Of a DNA stretch of 45,907 bases, positions 28,255 through 37,974 are shown one piece after another. Under the pieces are notes generated by a model. That model was not told the DNA's origin and made no database searches. It saw only the letters and a list, made by a program, of their open reading frames with translations. The translations under genes and the position numbers were made by a program. How positions within the stretch are numbered: the first letter of the stretch is position 1; the number at the start of each line of letters is the position of its first letter. The stretch is from the sequence record SRR2962707_2488. One strand, written 5' to 3'.

Positions 28255-28713
28255 ATGTTAAACTCAATAATTGTCATCGATGGTTCACAGTCTGCCCGAA
28301 ATACCCTTGAAATCATCCTCGCCGGTTTTGGCTATAAAAACGTACGGGGCGATCAACGCGCGTCCGATGTCCTGCCCGGAATCATCGACGGCACGCTGAC
28401 CGCCGATCTGATTTTGATGGATCTCGATCTGCCCGGCGGGATCGGCTTTTGCGCCAGCGTCAAGTCTTTGCCACAGTGGCAGCACGTTCCCGTCCTTGCG
28501 ATGCAAGGCCCCGATTGCAGGACATCGCTTACCGAAGCGATGCTGGTCGGGGTCAATGACTATATCCGCAAACCGTTTGAACGTCCCGAACTGCGGATCC
28601 GGATCAAGAACCAACTGCAATTGCGGTCCGAAATCACCCACGGACGGGCACCCGTGATCCAAGTCGCCGCCGCAGCGTCACACCGGCAGCAAGGGCAGAC
28701 GGCATTGCGGTAG
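28255..28713 (+). CDS. Stand-alone response regulator receiver-domain protein
   Basis: IIVIDGS, DLILMDLDLPG, DYIRKPF; no output domain. Confidence 0.8.
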   Translation: MLNSIIVIDGSQSARNTLEIILAGFGYKNVRGDQRASDVLPGIIDGTLTADLILMDLDLPGGIGFCASVKSLPQWQHVPVLAMQGPDCRTSLTEAMLVGVNDYIRKPFERPELRIRIKNQLQLRSEITHGRAPVIQVAAAASHRQQGQTALR

Positions 28714-28798
28714 AACGTCGAATTTCGGCTACAATCCGAGTTTAGCCAGCATCAGCCTGGGCAAATACCGTATCCGGATTGCTGGGGTGGTTTCTGGG

Positions 28799-29419
28799 TC
28801 AGACAAAACCGGCGTTGCGGGCGATCATCGCGGCGTCAGTGCGGTTTCGTGCGTCCAGCTTGCGGCACAACGTCTTGACGTGCAGCTTGATCGTGACTTC
28901 CTGAAGATCAAGGTCGCGGGCGATTTCCTTGTTGGATTGTGCGCTCATCAGCCCGCGCAGCACTTGGCGTTCACGCTCGGACAGGTCTTTCTCGAAATCC
29001 GTCTCGTCCGGATCGTCCTTGCCCGACATGAAATTGACTGGCGCATAGGTTTCCCCCGCAGCCATGAACCGTACGGCATTCACCAACGATTTTGCCGGCA
29101 GCGTCTTGGGAAGGAACCCGATCGCGCCCATAGCCAGCGCCTGTTCCGCGATCAGGCGGGTCGCCGTGCCAGAAATCAGGCCCACCGGTTTGCCGCCATT
29201 GGCGTTCAGGGCAATCTTCAACCCCTCCAGCCCCTTCATACCGGGCATCGTATAGTCGAGCAGGACCAGATCGAACGGACCGTCTGACCGAATTTTTTGC
29301 AAAGCTTCTTGCAGATTGCTGGCCGGAACGGTTTGCGCCGCACCGTCCATATCCAGAAACATCGCGATGGTCTCGCGGACCATATCGTGATCGTCTGCGA
29401 TCAGAATTTTCAGAACCAT
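28799..29419 (-). CDS. LuxR/NarL family DNA-binding response regulator
   Basis: ILIADDH, DLVLLDYTMPG, LSERERQVL...SNKEIARDL...TIKLHV HTH. Confidence 0.95.
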   Translation of the reverse strand: MVLKILIADDHDMVRETIAMFLDMDGAAQTVPASNLQEALQKIRSDGPFDLVLLDYTMPGMKGLEGLKIALNANGGKPVGLISGTATRLIAEQALAMGAIGFLPKTLPAKSLVNAVRFMAAGETYAPVNFMSGKDDPDETDFEKDLSERERQVLRGLMSAQSNKEIARDLDLQEVTIKLHVKTLCRKLDARNRTDAAMIARNAGFV

Positions 29420-29842
29420 TTGAAGTCTCCTAAACGCGCCCGAGCAATTGCAGTTTCTGGTATACTAGAGAGAAAAATCTCAAAGGACACACTGCTTTGC
29501 ATCCTGACTGCGTTCATACGCGGCATTTCTTGCGACTATACTTTCGTATATGCGATTTAGCCTTATTCTCGCTCGTTCCACAATCCATGACATCCTAAAA
29601 GTAGAAATCATGCAACGCGTACCCCTTACTAATTCCGATGTCTGACACCAACCTCGACGGTCCGACAATCACATATTTTAAAAATGATAACGCGATGTCG
29701 CGCTGCGGCAAGGTCTGTCTTTGCAACATTCACCTAACGGGTAGAAATAGCAGGTACCAAACCGAGTGGATATAATGCGGGTCGATCTGGCGGCTGGATA
29801 GGATTACAATCGCGTAATCTCATACATACTAAGGGATCATCA

Positions 29843-32380
29843 ATGAACGTCGTCAGACTATCCCGCCATAATCGCACATGGGGTAGATGCCTGCTGGTTC
29901 TGGCCCTCTTGGTGGGAATCCTGGTCGCAGGGCACATAATGTTCAGCCTTTGGAAAAGAATCCACGCGATTGACAGCGCGCAGGTGGATCACGCCGAATG
30001 GGTCTATACCCAGCTCGAAGTTGAATATCTGAAACTCGACAGGGCCATTGTCAGGGCGCGATCCGGAAATCCTGGGGATCTGGCAGACTTGCGGCAGCAG
30101 TTCGATATCTACTACAGCCGTACCGAAATTGCCCAAAATGCTGGAACAACCGGAGACGCCTTTTCCGACCTTGACCGTCTTCGGGATGTTCTGGATGAAC
30201 AGGTGCAGTTGGTTCGCGCGGGCGACACGCGCCTTTTCGATGGTCTGGACGAACTGCAAAATGCGTTGGGTCAAACCGGCGACATTCCCCGAAATGTTGC
30301 ACTGGCCTCTGTCTCATTGGCGGTGGACGTGGCTAAGGCCGAGCGCGGTGAGATCGTCAGACTTCTTGAAATACTGTCTGTTGTCGTCTTGGTCGTAACC
30401 GTTGCGCTGATAAGCGCGATCATTCGGCTTTTGGTTCAGGCCAACACCGTCAGTCGGGCATCCCGCGACGCCAAAGAACACCACCTTCGGCTGGCGACCA
30501 TGCTGCGCGCGTCTTTGGATGCGATTGTAGTCTCTGATGAAAACGGGTCCATCCTGGATTTCAACGGCTCTGCCGAAGACATCTTCGGGCTGGACCGCCA
30601 GGACGTTATTGGTGGCCACTTTATTGACCTTCTCATCCCGCCACACTTGCAAGAAGAACTAAATACGGCTCTCGAAGCGTTCCGCCGCACCGGCAAACCA
30701 CAAATTGCGGAAAGCGGACGGCGCGAACTTGAGATGATCGACAGTGATGGCCGCGTTTTTCCTATCGAATTGTCGGTGTCGCTGGCCCAGAGCAAGGATG
30801 GCCCGATTTTCGTTTCCTATATTCACGACATCACGGACAGAAAGCAAAAAGAACAAGAAATCGTTCAGGCGCGCGATGACGCTCTTGCCGCTTACCGCGA
30901 AAAATCCCGTTTTTTCGCGATGATGAGCCACGAAATGCGCACGCCTCTGAACGGCGTTCTCTCGGCGCTCCAACTTCTGGGGGATGGTCGGCTGGATGCG
31001 GAGCAGCAGAAATATCTTGATGCCGCGCTGACGTCCGGGGATATCCTGTTGGGCCACATCAATGATGTGCTCTCTATTGAACGCAGCGAAGCTGACCGGA
31101 GTGAACAGCAAACGCAATCTTGCAATATGGTGGCGCTGACATCGGGTGTGATCGACAGCATGGGGCCGCTGGCGCAGCATACCGGCAATCGGCTGCATCT
31201 TGATCAAACTGGGCTGGATGATCGATGCATCCTGACCGACCCTCGGGCGGTGCACCAGGTTCTCGTGCATCTTCTCAGCAATGCGATCAATTTCAGCCCT
31301 GATGGCGACATTACCCTTCGTGCCTTGTATCGGCATGCCGACGATGAAAGCTTGCTCCTGCATTTTGAAGTCAGCGATACGGACATCGACGTGACCGAAG
31401 CTGATGTTCCTCATCCCTTCGAAGATTGTATTGCGCTCGACAGCAGCTATGAACGTCCGGCCGGAGGCAGCGGGCTGGGCCTTGAAATTGTGCGCCGTCT
31501 GGTTCAGGGGCTTGGTGGCGACATCAGGTGTGAATCCCGCGCGGGACAAAATTCCCGCTTCATTGTGTGCCTGCCCGTCACCCTCGCCTCAACATCCAAT
31601 ACGCCTGCGCCTTCAGCACCACAGGTGGAAGAGGCACACGGAAAATCGTTGCACCTGTTGGTCGTCGATGACAACCAGATCAACCGCGAACTTCTCGGGG
31701 CAATACTCAAAAGACTTGGGCACATCGTCAGCGTCGCCACCGGAGGGCAAGAGGCTGTCGACCTTGCCAAAAGCACACGGTTTGATGCCATCCTCATGGA
31801 CATCTCGATGCCCGGCATGAACGGCATCCAAGCGACCAAGGCGATCTTGGACGGCGACGGACCGAATAACCAGACGCGCATCATACCCGTCACAGCCCAT
31901 GCCCAGCCCAAAGAACGCGAGGAATTTGAAGCCGCAGGCATGAAAGGTTTCCTGCAAAAACCGCTCAACATGGAAGCGCTAAAATCTGCGTTGGCCGCTT
32001 TCTCTTCTGCTGAAAACGCGCCCGCCGAAAACCAAACTCTACGGCAACAACCTGTGCTGAACAGTGCGCATGTCACGGAACTGCGGGAATTGCTGGGGCA
32101 GGATAGGTTGAAGGATCGTATCATGATGCTGTTGCAAAGCGTCGATGCCGATCTTCCCGACCTCACAAACACGCAAACCATTTTGGATCTGCAAACACGG
32201 GCCCATGCTTTGGGCGGCATGTGCGGCATGTTCGGAGCCGAGCGTTTTCACGTTCTCCTTAGTGAAGTCGAGACCGCGTGCAAGGAAGGCAATACCCGCG
32301 AAGCGCACGAGCTTGTCAAATTGGCACCGGCGGTCTGGCATCTAACAAGAGAAGCTTGGTTGCAACAAATCGGTGCATGA
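29843..32380 (+). CDS. Hybrid sensor histidine kinase (TM-PAS-HisKA-HATPase-REC-HPt)
   Basis: Two TM segments, PAS domain, SHEMRTPLNG, REC (VVDDN..ILMDISMP..KP), HPt AHALGG; degenerate G1 box DTDID. Confidence 0.9.
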   Translation: MNVVRLSRHNRTWGRCLLVLALLVGILVAGHIMFSLWKRIHAIDSAQVDHAEWVYTQLEVEYLKLDRAIVRARSGNPGDLADLRQQFDIYYSRTEIAQNAGTTGDAFSDLDRLRDVLDEQVQLVRAGDTRLFDGLDELQNALGQTGDIPRNVALASVSLAVDVAKAERGEIVRLLEILSVVVLVVTVALISAIIRLLVQANTVSRASRDAKEHHLRLATMLRASLDAIVVSDENGSILDFNGSAEDIFGLDRQDVIGGHFIDLLIPPHLQEELNTALEAFRRTGKPQIAESGRRELEMIDSDGRVFPIELSVSLAQSKDGPIFVSYIHDITDRKQKEQEIVQARDDALAAYREKSRFFAMMSHEMRTPLNGVLSALQLLGDGRLDAEQQKYLDAALTSGDILLGHINDVLSIERSEADRSEQQTQSCNMVALTSGVIDSMGPLAQHTGNRLHLDQTGLDDRCILTDPRAVHQVLVHLLSNAINFSPDGDITLRALYRHADDESLLLHFEVSDTDIDVTEADVPHPFEDCIALDSSYERPAGGSGLGLEIVRRLVQGLGGDIRCESRAGQNSRFIVCLPVTLASTSNTPAPSAPQVEEAHGKSLHLLVVDDNQINRELLGAILKRLGHIVSVATGGQEAVDLAKSTRFDAILMDISMPGMNGIQATKAILDGDGPNNQTRIIPVTAHAQPKEREEFEAAGMKGFLQKPLNMEALKSALAAFSSAENAPAENQTLRQQPVLNSAHVTELRELLGQDRLKDRIMMLLQSVDADLPDLTNTQTILDLQTRAHALGGMCGMFGAERFHVLLSEVETACKEGNTREAHELVKLAPAVWHLTREAWLQQIGA

Positions 32381-32626
32381 AAACACGTGTGTCTGGCCCG
32401 GCAACGCAGCATCGCGGTTAAAACCTATCCGTCAGCATAGGTAAATTACTCCACCGCGCCGCAGCACCCACTGTCATTATGATTTATAACGATCTTACTA
32501 CCGCCGAATACTGTATATCAGAAGCAACAGATAGGGTCGTTTCCATTCCGGACTATGCTCCAACACCGTCCGTTCTGGCCCCAGAGCGACCATATCGCCA
32601 TCACCAATGGTGTTGTTTTTGAAATG

Positions 32627-32663
32627 CCGCTCTTCTGGTCACAGAAGAGCGGTCCTTTTTTTT
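32627..32663 (+). terminator. Rho-independent terminator
   Basis: 11-bp perfect stem CCGCTCTTCTG-gtca-CAGAAGAGCGG followed by TCC and T8. Confidence 0.8.
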
Positions 32664-32975
32664 GTACAGATGCATTTTCGCGCAGCCGGTCCCCTGACGA
32701 TCTTCGCCACTCAAAAATCCCCGGAACCCAGCGCGCTTGGGCCAATGCAACGCTATCCCAAAGCATAGCGACGCTATGCGCGGCGGTATCGTTGATGTCC
32801 CTCTGAACCTTCGCACAACACACGGCACCCTGCGACACTGGTCAGGATCGAAACCCACCGCAAAACCACGCTCCGGCAGTAAGGCCCTATGCGCAGGGCC
32901 CCTGCCCGCCTGCTGCGGAAACCAAGAACGATAAACCCGGTGCCAAACCAAAAGGCGGATGAAGTGTTCAAGCAC

Positions 32976-35900
32976 ATGTCAAAACGACTATTGCGTCACC
33001 TGTGCGGCTGCACAGCGGCGATTGCAGCGCTGGTGGCATCCGAACTGCAGGCTGGCGATTTCACGCTAGACTGGGGGCAGATCGACTGGCCGGCGGGATC
33101 ATCCGCGCCGCTGACCACCACGTTGACGGATCAATACGGGTTCGAAATTGATGCGACAGTCAATGTTGCGGGCGCTTTTACGACGGGCGGCGGTATCGTG
33201 TCGCCGGACGACACGTCCCTGCTGGGCGGCAGCGTGCCATCGCTTGGCTTAGTCTCTGACGCACCGGCCAATCTGGGGCGGGTCGGCGATGCCACGGTCA
33301 GTGCGCAACTGACCTTTTCATCAAACAGCGTTGCCTTTCCGGTAGACGGGCTGGTGCTCGACATTCTGGACGTCGACGCTGGCGACGCAAACGCGCCCAG
33401 TGACAGTTGTGACTTTATCACGGTGACTGGCACCAATGGCGATCCAACCCTGTCGGCCGTCTCGTCGACGCCGACCTTCGTCCTAGGACCCGGCGCTGGT
33501 AGCGGTCTCACCGGACCGTTGGCCGCCAATCAGGCGCAATGTATCTTTGTCGATGGGCTGGCGGGCTCTCCGACCTCGGCCAACACCGATACCGGAACCG
33601 TTCGCGCGACATTTCCGGACGGTACTGCGTCGGTCACCGCCGTTTTTGATGAATCCATCGGCAATGTCAGAACATCCCTTGGCTATGACGCCGCCGCGCG
33701 GGACATCGGTTTTCTGGCAGCCAGTTCTTTTTCCGTCGGCCAAAGCATCTCGCTGGTCAAAACCTCGGAGCCGAACGAACTTCCCGAGCCGGGAACCACG
33801 ATCACCTACACATACTTTGTCACCAACGACGGGTCGCTGCCGTTCAACATAGGGCAGGATATCGTGATCGTGGACGATTCCGTTGCCACCGTTACCTGCC
33901 CTGCGATCACCGCCGAAGTGCCGGTCGGCGGCACCCTTGAATGTACCGCTGAATATACCGTGACCGTCGTGGATGTCCTAAATGGCAGTCTGACCTCGAC
34001 GGCGACGGCGGGTATCGGCCCGATTGGTCAGACCTTCGACGACCGACTGCAATCCAACGCCGCGACACTGACCCTGCTTTATGCGCTGGGTTATGATTTC
34101 GGCGATGCCCCCCTTACCTATCTGGTGCCATCCCACGCCCTTGTCACAGCCCCGACGATCTACCTTGGCACCATTGCCCCCGACGCCGAAACCTTTGCCC
34201 AGCCTGACACGACCGCCACTGGCGACGATGTGAACAACAGCGACGACGAGGACGGCGTCACCCTGCCGCTGCTGACACAGGGCACCATCGTCACGATCAC
34301 GGTCAATGTGGCGGGCGACGGGTTTCTTCAGGCGTGGATGGACTTTGACGGCAACGGATTGTTCGCAAACGACGCGCTGGAGCGTCTGGCCACGGACCTG
34401 CGCGACGATGGCCTTGGCGATGACATCGCGGCCGGGGACGGCGAGATCCAGATCAGGATCACGGTGCCTGACGACGCAACCACCTCGCTTACCTTTGGCC
34501 GCTTCCGCTGGGCCTCCGAGGCCGGACTGGGTATCTCGGGTGCCACGCTTGACGGCGAGGTCGAGGATTATTCCTTTGTCATCGCCGCTGCAGATCTTGT
34601 CGACCGGGGGGACGCGCCCGCCAGCTATGGTGATCCGCGCCATGTGGTGGTGCCGACGATCTACCTTGGCAGCGGATCACCCGATCTCGACATCTCGGCA
34701 AAGTACTCTGCCGGTGCCGATGGTGACGATCTTGACGGTATCGACGACGAAGACGCGACGAGTTTTCCGCCGCTTGTGGCGGGCACCACCGTGCCACTGA
34801 CGGTATTGACCCACGAGACGCAGAGCTTTCTGTTCGACTTGGGCCTGCCTGTGCTGGTGCCGGGTATCACCAACCTGCAAGTCTGGGTCGACTTCGACCA
34901 GAACGGTACTTTCGACCCGGCTGAACAGGTGGCGGTCAACTACCGCGATGGTGGGACCGGCGACACCGATGGCAGGTTCAACAACCAGATCACGCTGAAC
35001 ATTCCCGTTCCTGCGGACGCCATCGCCGGCCCCACCTATGCACGGCTGCGGTGGTCCACGACCAGCGGCCTGATTACTGATCCATTCGACGGGCTTAACT
35101 TGGACGGTGAGGTCGAAGATTACTTCGTCACGGTGATTAACCCCAACGGTCCGCTGACCTGTTCTTCGAATTTCTATATGGTCGCGACTGAACCGGGCCA
35201 GAACCTGCCCGCGCTGGACGAGCTATCAATCAGCGAAAGCGGCGGAATCTATACGCTGACCCATGTTGATCTGCCACCCAACTACACGGGCAACTTCCTT
35301 GTTACCGGCTGGGGCTATAACGAGTTGGACGGCTTTATCTATGGCGTACGCCAAAGCCCCCGGTCGCTGATGCGGATCGACGCGTCGGGCGCTGTGACCG
35401 AGGTCGCGGACCTGTCCACCCTCAGCATCGAAGCCCCCGACACCAGTTCCGACATCCTGCCCAACGGTATCATGATCTACATGTCCGGGTCCGACTCTAG
35501 TCGGTACCAACTGCTCGATATCAGCGACCCGGCAAATCCGGTTGCACTGGGGGTGCTGACCGCCACCGCCGGCGCGACCTATAGCCGTGACATGGCCTAC
35601 AACCCGCTGGACGGGCTGATCTACTTCTTTGACACCTCGCGCAACTTGCACTTTTTCGATCCCAACAACGGCGTACCGGGGTCGATCACAGTCGGTCTGC
35701 TGGCAAACGTGCCCCTGGCCGAGGGCAAGTTTTCGATGGACATCGACTCGGTCTGGTTCGACGGCTCGGGGTACATGTACGGCTTTGACAACCAGTCCCG
35801 GCAGGTCTTTGCGGTCGAGGTCGGCGCAGAGGGCAACCGCCCCGCCAGCTACGAATTTATCGAGGTACAAGGCACCGTCGACAACATGACCTATCAGGGG

Positions 35901-37832
35901 AATGACGGCGCATCATGTCGCGCGCCCGGCCCCTTTGTGTCGTCGGTCCTGCAAGAGGGCGCGATTTCCGGCACGCTTTACGAGGATACCAACAACTCCG
36001 GCACGCTTGATGCTGGTGAAACGGGCTTGCCCGCAGGCATTACAGTCACGCTCTTTGATGACAATGGCACGCCAGCCGACCCTGCCGATGACACGCTGGC
36101 ATTGACGGTGGAAACCGCCGCCGACGGCACCTATCTCTTTGGCTCGGTCAATTCGACGCTGACCTACCGCATCGAAGTTGACGAGACCGACCCTGAAATT
36201 CCGGCCGAGCTTGACCTGTCGACCGCCAATCCGCTGACCGGTGTGGCAGTGGTCACAAATGCCGATACCAGCGATCAGAACTTTGGCTTTGTGATCGCAC
36301 CCTCGGTCGCGGATTTGTCGCTGACGAAATCCGCCGTCAGCGCCGCAGACGGGCTGCCCGTAACGCAGGCCACTGCAGGCGAGGCGCTGGATTTTGTCCT
36401 GACGGTCACCAATGACGGACCGGGCGACGTCACTGGCGTGCAGGTACGGGATCTGATGCCCGATGGCTTTGCCTATGTCTCAGACGACGCGGTGGCACAG
36501 GGCGATACCTACGACAGCAGCACCGGAATATGGGCCGTCGACACCCTTGCGAATGGCGCAAGCGCCGCGCTGACGATCCGCGTCACGATGCGCGACAGTG
36601 GTGAACATACCAACACCGCCGAAATCGTGGCCAGCTCTCTGCCTGACCCCGACAGTGACGTCGCGGTCGGTGCCTTGGTCGACGATCAGTCTGACGGGCT
36701 GGCTGACGATGACGAGGCAAGCGTATCCGTGGCATATGCCGGCACCGGTGCGACCCTGTCTGGTGTGGTATTCCTTGATAATGGTGCCGGGGCTACGGCC
36801 TATGACGGGGTGCAGGGCGGGGGCGAAACCAGCACCAACCGTGCCCTGATCAAGATCACCAACAGCGCAGGTGAACTGATCGGCTCACCCGCCGTCGCCG
36901 CCGATGGCAGCTGGAGCCTGACGCTCCCCGACACTTATGCCGATGCCGTCACCGTCACTGTCCTGCCCGACCAAGGACATCGCCCCGTGTCGGAAACTGC
37001 CGCCGCGCTGCCCGGTACTGTAAACGCTGATCCGCGCGACGGAACATTGACCTTTACCCCGGCGGCGGGCACGTCCTACAGCGACCTGAACTTTGGTATG
37101 ATCGTCGAGGCACGTCTTAACCTTGACCAGCAGGCGGCCATCCGCCCCGGTCAGGTGGTGTCTCTGCGGCATGAATACATCGCCGATGCCACAGGCACGG
37201 TGACCTTCACCGTCGACGCCGAAACCAGTGCAACGCCCGCAGCCTTCTCGACCGCGCTGTTTCTGGACACCGATTGCGACGGCACCGCCGACACGCCGGT
37301 CAACGGGGCGATCGCCATAGAGGCCGGGACGGCCCTGTGCATTTTGGCACGCGTGTCGTCATCCTCTGCCGTCAGTCCGGGCGCGAGCTACAGTTTTGAA
37401 CTTGTGGCCGACACGTCCTACGGCACCTCGGGACTAACCGAACAGGATCGCAACACCGACCGCGTGACAGTGGAATCGTCACAAGGTGCGATCAAGCTGA
37501 CAAAAACCGTGCGCAACGTCACCCAAGGCACCGCCGAAGGGGTGGCCAACGGGGCAGCAGTCGGGGACATTCTAGAATACCGGATCTATGTTAAGAATAC
37601 GGGCACCCTGCCGTCATCGGATCTGATCATCTACGACAGGACGCCCCCCTACACCGTGCTTGCCACCGCCGTGCCAAGCCCGGTTTCCTTGGGCAGCGAC
37701 GTGACGTGCAGCAGCTCAACGTCGGGTTCGGATAGCGCGGGGTATGCCGGAAATCTACGCTGGGATTGCACCGGCCTCTTTCAACCGGGCGACGAGGGAT
37801 CCGTGACATTCGAGGTAAGGGTTTCACCCTGA
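32976..37832 (+). CDS. Large secreted adhesin-like protein with GEVED x2, propeller-like, SdrD-B-like and DUF11 domains (putative fimbrial tip)
   Basis: Signal peptide MSKRLL..ELQA (alternative GTG start 32964); two DGEVEDY motifs; WGYNELDGFIYG..GNDGASC; ISGTLYEDTNNSG; DLSLTKS..VTNDGP; C-terminal incomplete DUF11. Confidence 0.8.
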   Translation: MSKRLLRHLCGCTAAIAALVASELQAGDFTLDWGQIDWPAGSSAPLTTTLTDQYGFEIDATVNVAGAFTTGGGIVSPDDTSLLGGSVPSLGLVSDAPANLGRVGDATVSAQLTFSSNSVAFPVDGLVLDILDVDAGDANAPSDSCDFITVTGTNGDPTLSAVSSTPTFVLGPGAGSGLTGPLAANQAQCIFVDGLAGSPTSANTDTGTVRATFPDGTASVTAVFDESIGNVRTSLGYDAAARDIGFLAASSFSVGQSISLVKTSEPNELPEPGTTITYTYFVTNDGSLPFNIGQDIVIVDDSVATVTCPAITAEVPVGGTLECTAEYTVTVVDVLNGSLTSTATAGIGPIGQTFDDRLQSNAATLTLLYALGYDFGDAPLTYLVPSHALVTAPTIYLGTIAPDAETFAQPDTTATGDDVNNSDDEDGVTLPLLTQGTIVTITVNVAGDGFLQAWMDFDGNGLFANDALERLATDLRDDGLGDDIAAGDGEIQIRITVPDDATTSLTFGRFRWASEAGLGISGATLDGEVEDYSFVIAAADLVDRGDAPASYGDPRHVVVPTIYLGSGSPDLDISAKYSAGADGDDLDGIDDEDATSFPPLVAGTTVPLTVLTHETQSFLFDLGLPVLVPGITNLQVWVDFDQNGTFDPAEQVAVNYRDGGTGDTDGRFNNQITLNIPVPADAIAGPTYARLRWSTTSGLITDPFDGLNLDGEVEDYFVTVINPNGPLTCSSNFYMVATEPGQNLPALDELSISESGGIYTLTHVDLPPNYTGNFLVTGWGYNELDGFIYGVRQSPRSLMRIDASGAVTEVADLSTLSIEAPDTSSDILPNGIMIYMSGSDSSRYQLLDISDPANPVALGVLTATAGATYSRDMAYNPLDGLIYFFDTSRNLHFFDPNNGVPGSITVGLLANVPLAEGKFSMDIDSVWFDGSGYMYGFDNQSRQVFAVEVGAEGNRPASYEFIEVQGTVDNMTYQGNDGASCRAPGPFVSSVLQEGAISGTLYEDTNNSGTLDAGETGLPAGITVTLFDDNGTPADPADDTLALTVETAADGTYLFGSVNSTLTYRIEVDETDPEIPAELDLSTANPLTGVAVVTNADTSDQNFGFVIAPSVADLSLTKSAVSAADGLPVTQATAGEALDFVLTVTNDGPGDVTGVQVRDLMPDGFAYVSDDAVAQGDTYDSSTGIWAVDTLANGASAALTIRVTMRDSGEHTNTAEIVASSLPDPDSDVAVGALVDDQSDGLADDDEASVSVAYAGTGATLSGVVFLDNGAGATAYDGVQGGGETSTNRALIKITNSAGELIGSPAVAADGSWSLTLPDTYADAVTVTVLPDQGHRPVSETAAALPGTVNADPRDGTLTFTPAAGTSYSDLNFGMIVEARLNLDQQAAIRPGQVVSLRHEYIADATGTVTFTVDAETSATPAAFSTALFLDTDCDGTADTPVNGAIAIEAGTALCILARVSSSSAVSPGASYSFELVADTSYGTSGLTEQDRNTDRVTVESSQGAIKLTKTVRNVTQGTAEGVANGAAVGDILEYRIYVKNTGTLPSSDLIIYDRTPPYTVLATAVPSPVSLGSDVTCSSSTSGSDSAGYAGNLRWDCTGLFQPGDEGSVTFEVRVSP

Positions 37833-37974
37833 TCGCGGCGGTGTTGCGCTAGCCAGCCGTCGAACGGGGGCCACGGCTGTCATGCGCAACCGCCTGCCTT
37901 GGCGGGTAAATGGCGGGCGGGAGGTCAGACGTGACCGTTGTCCTATTGTGCCCGGATCGGTGAGCTATTGAAAT

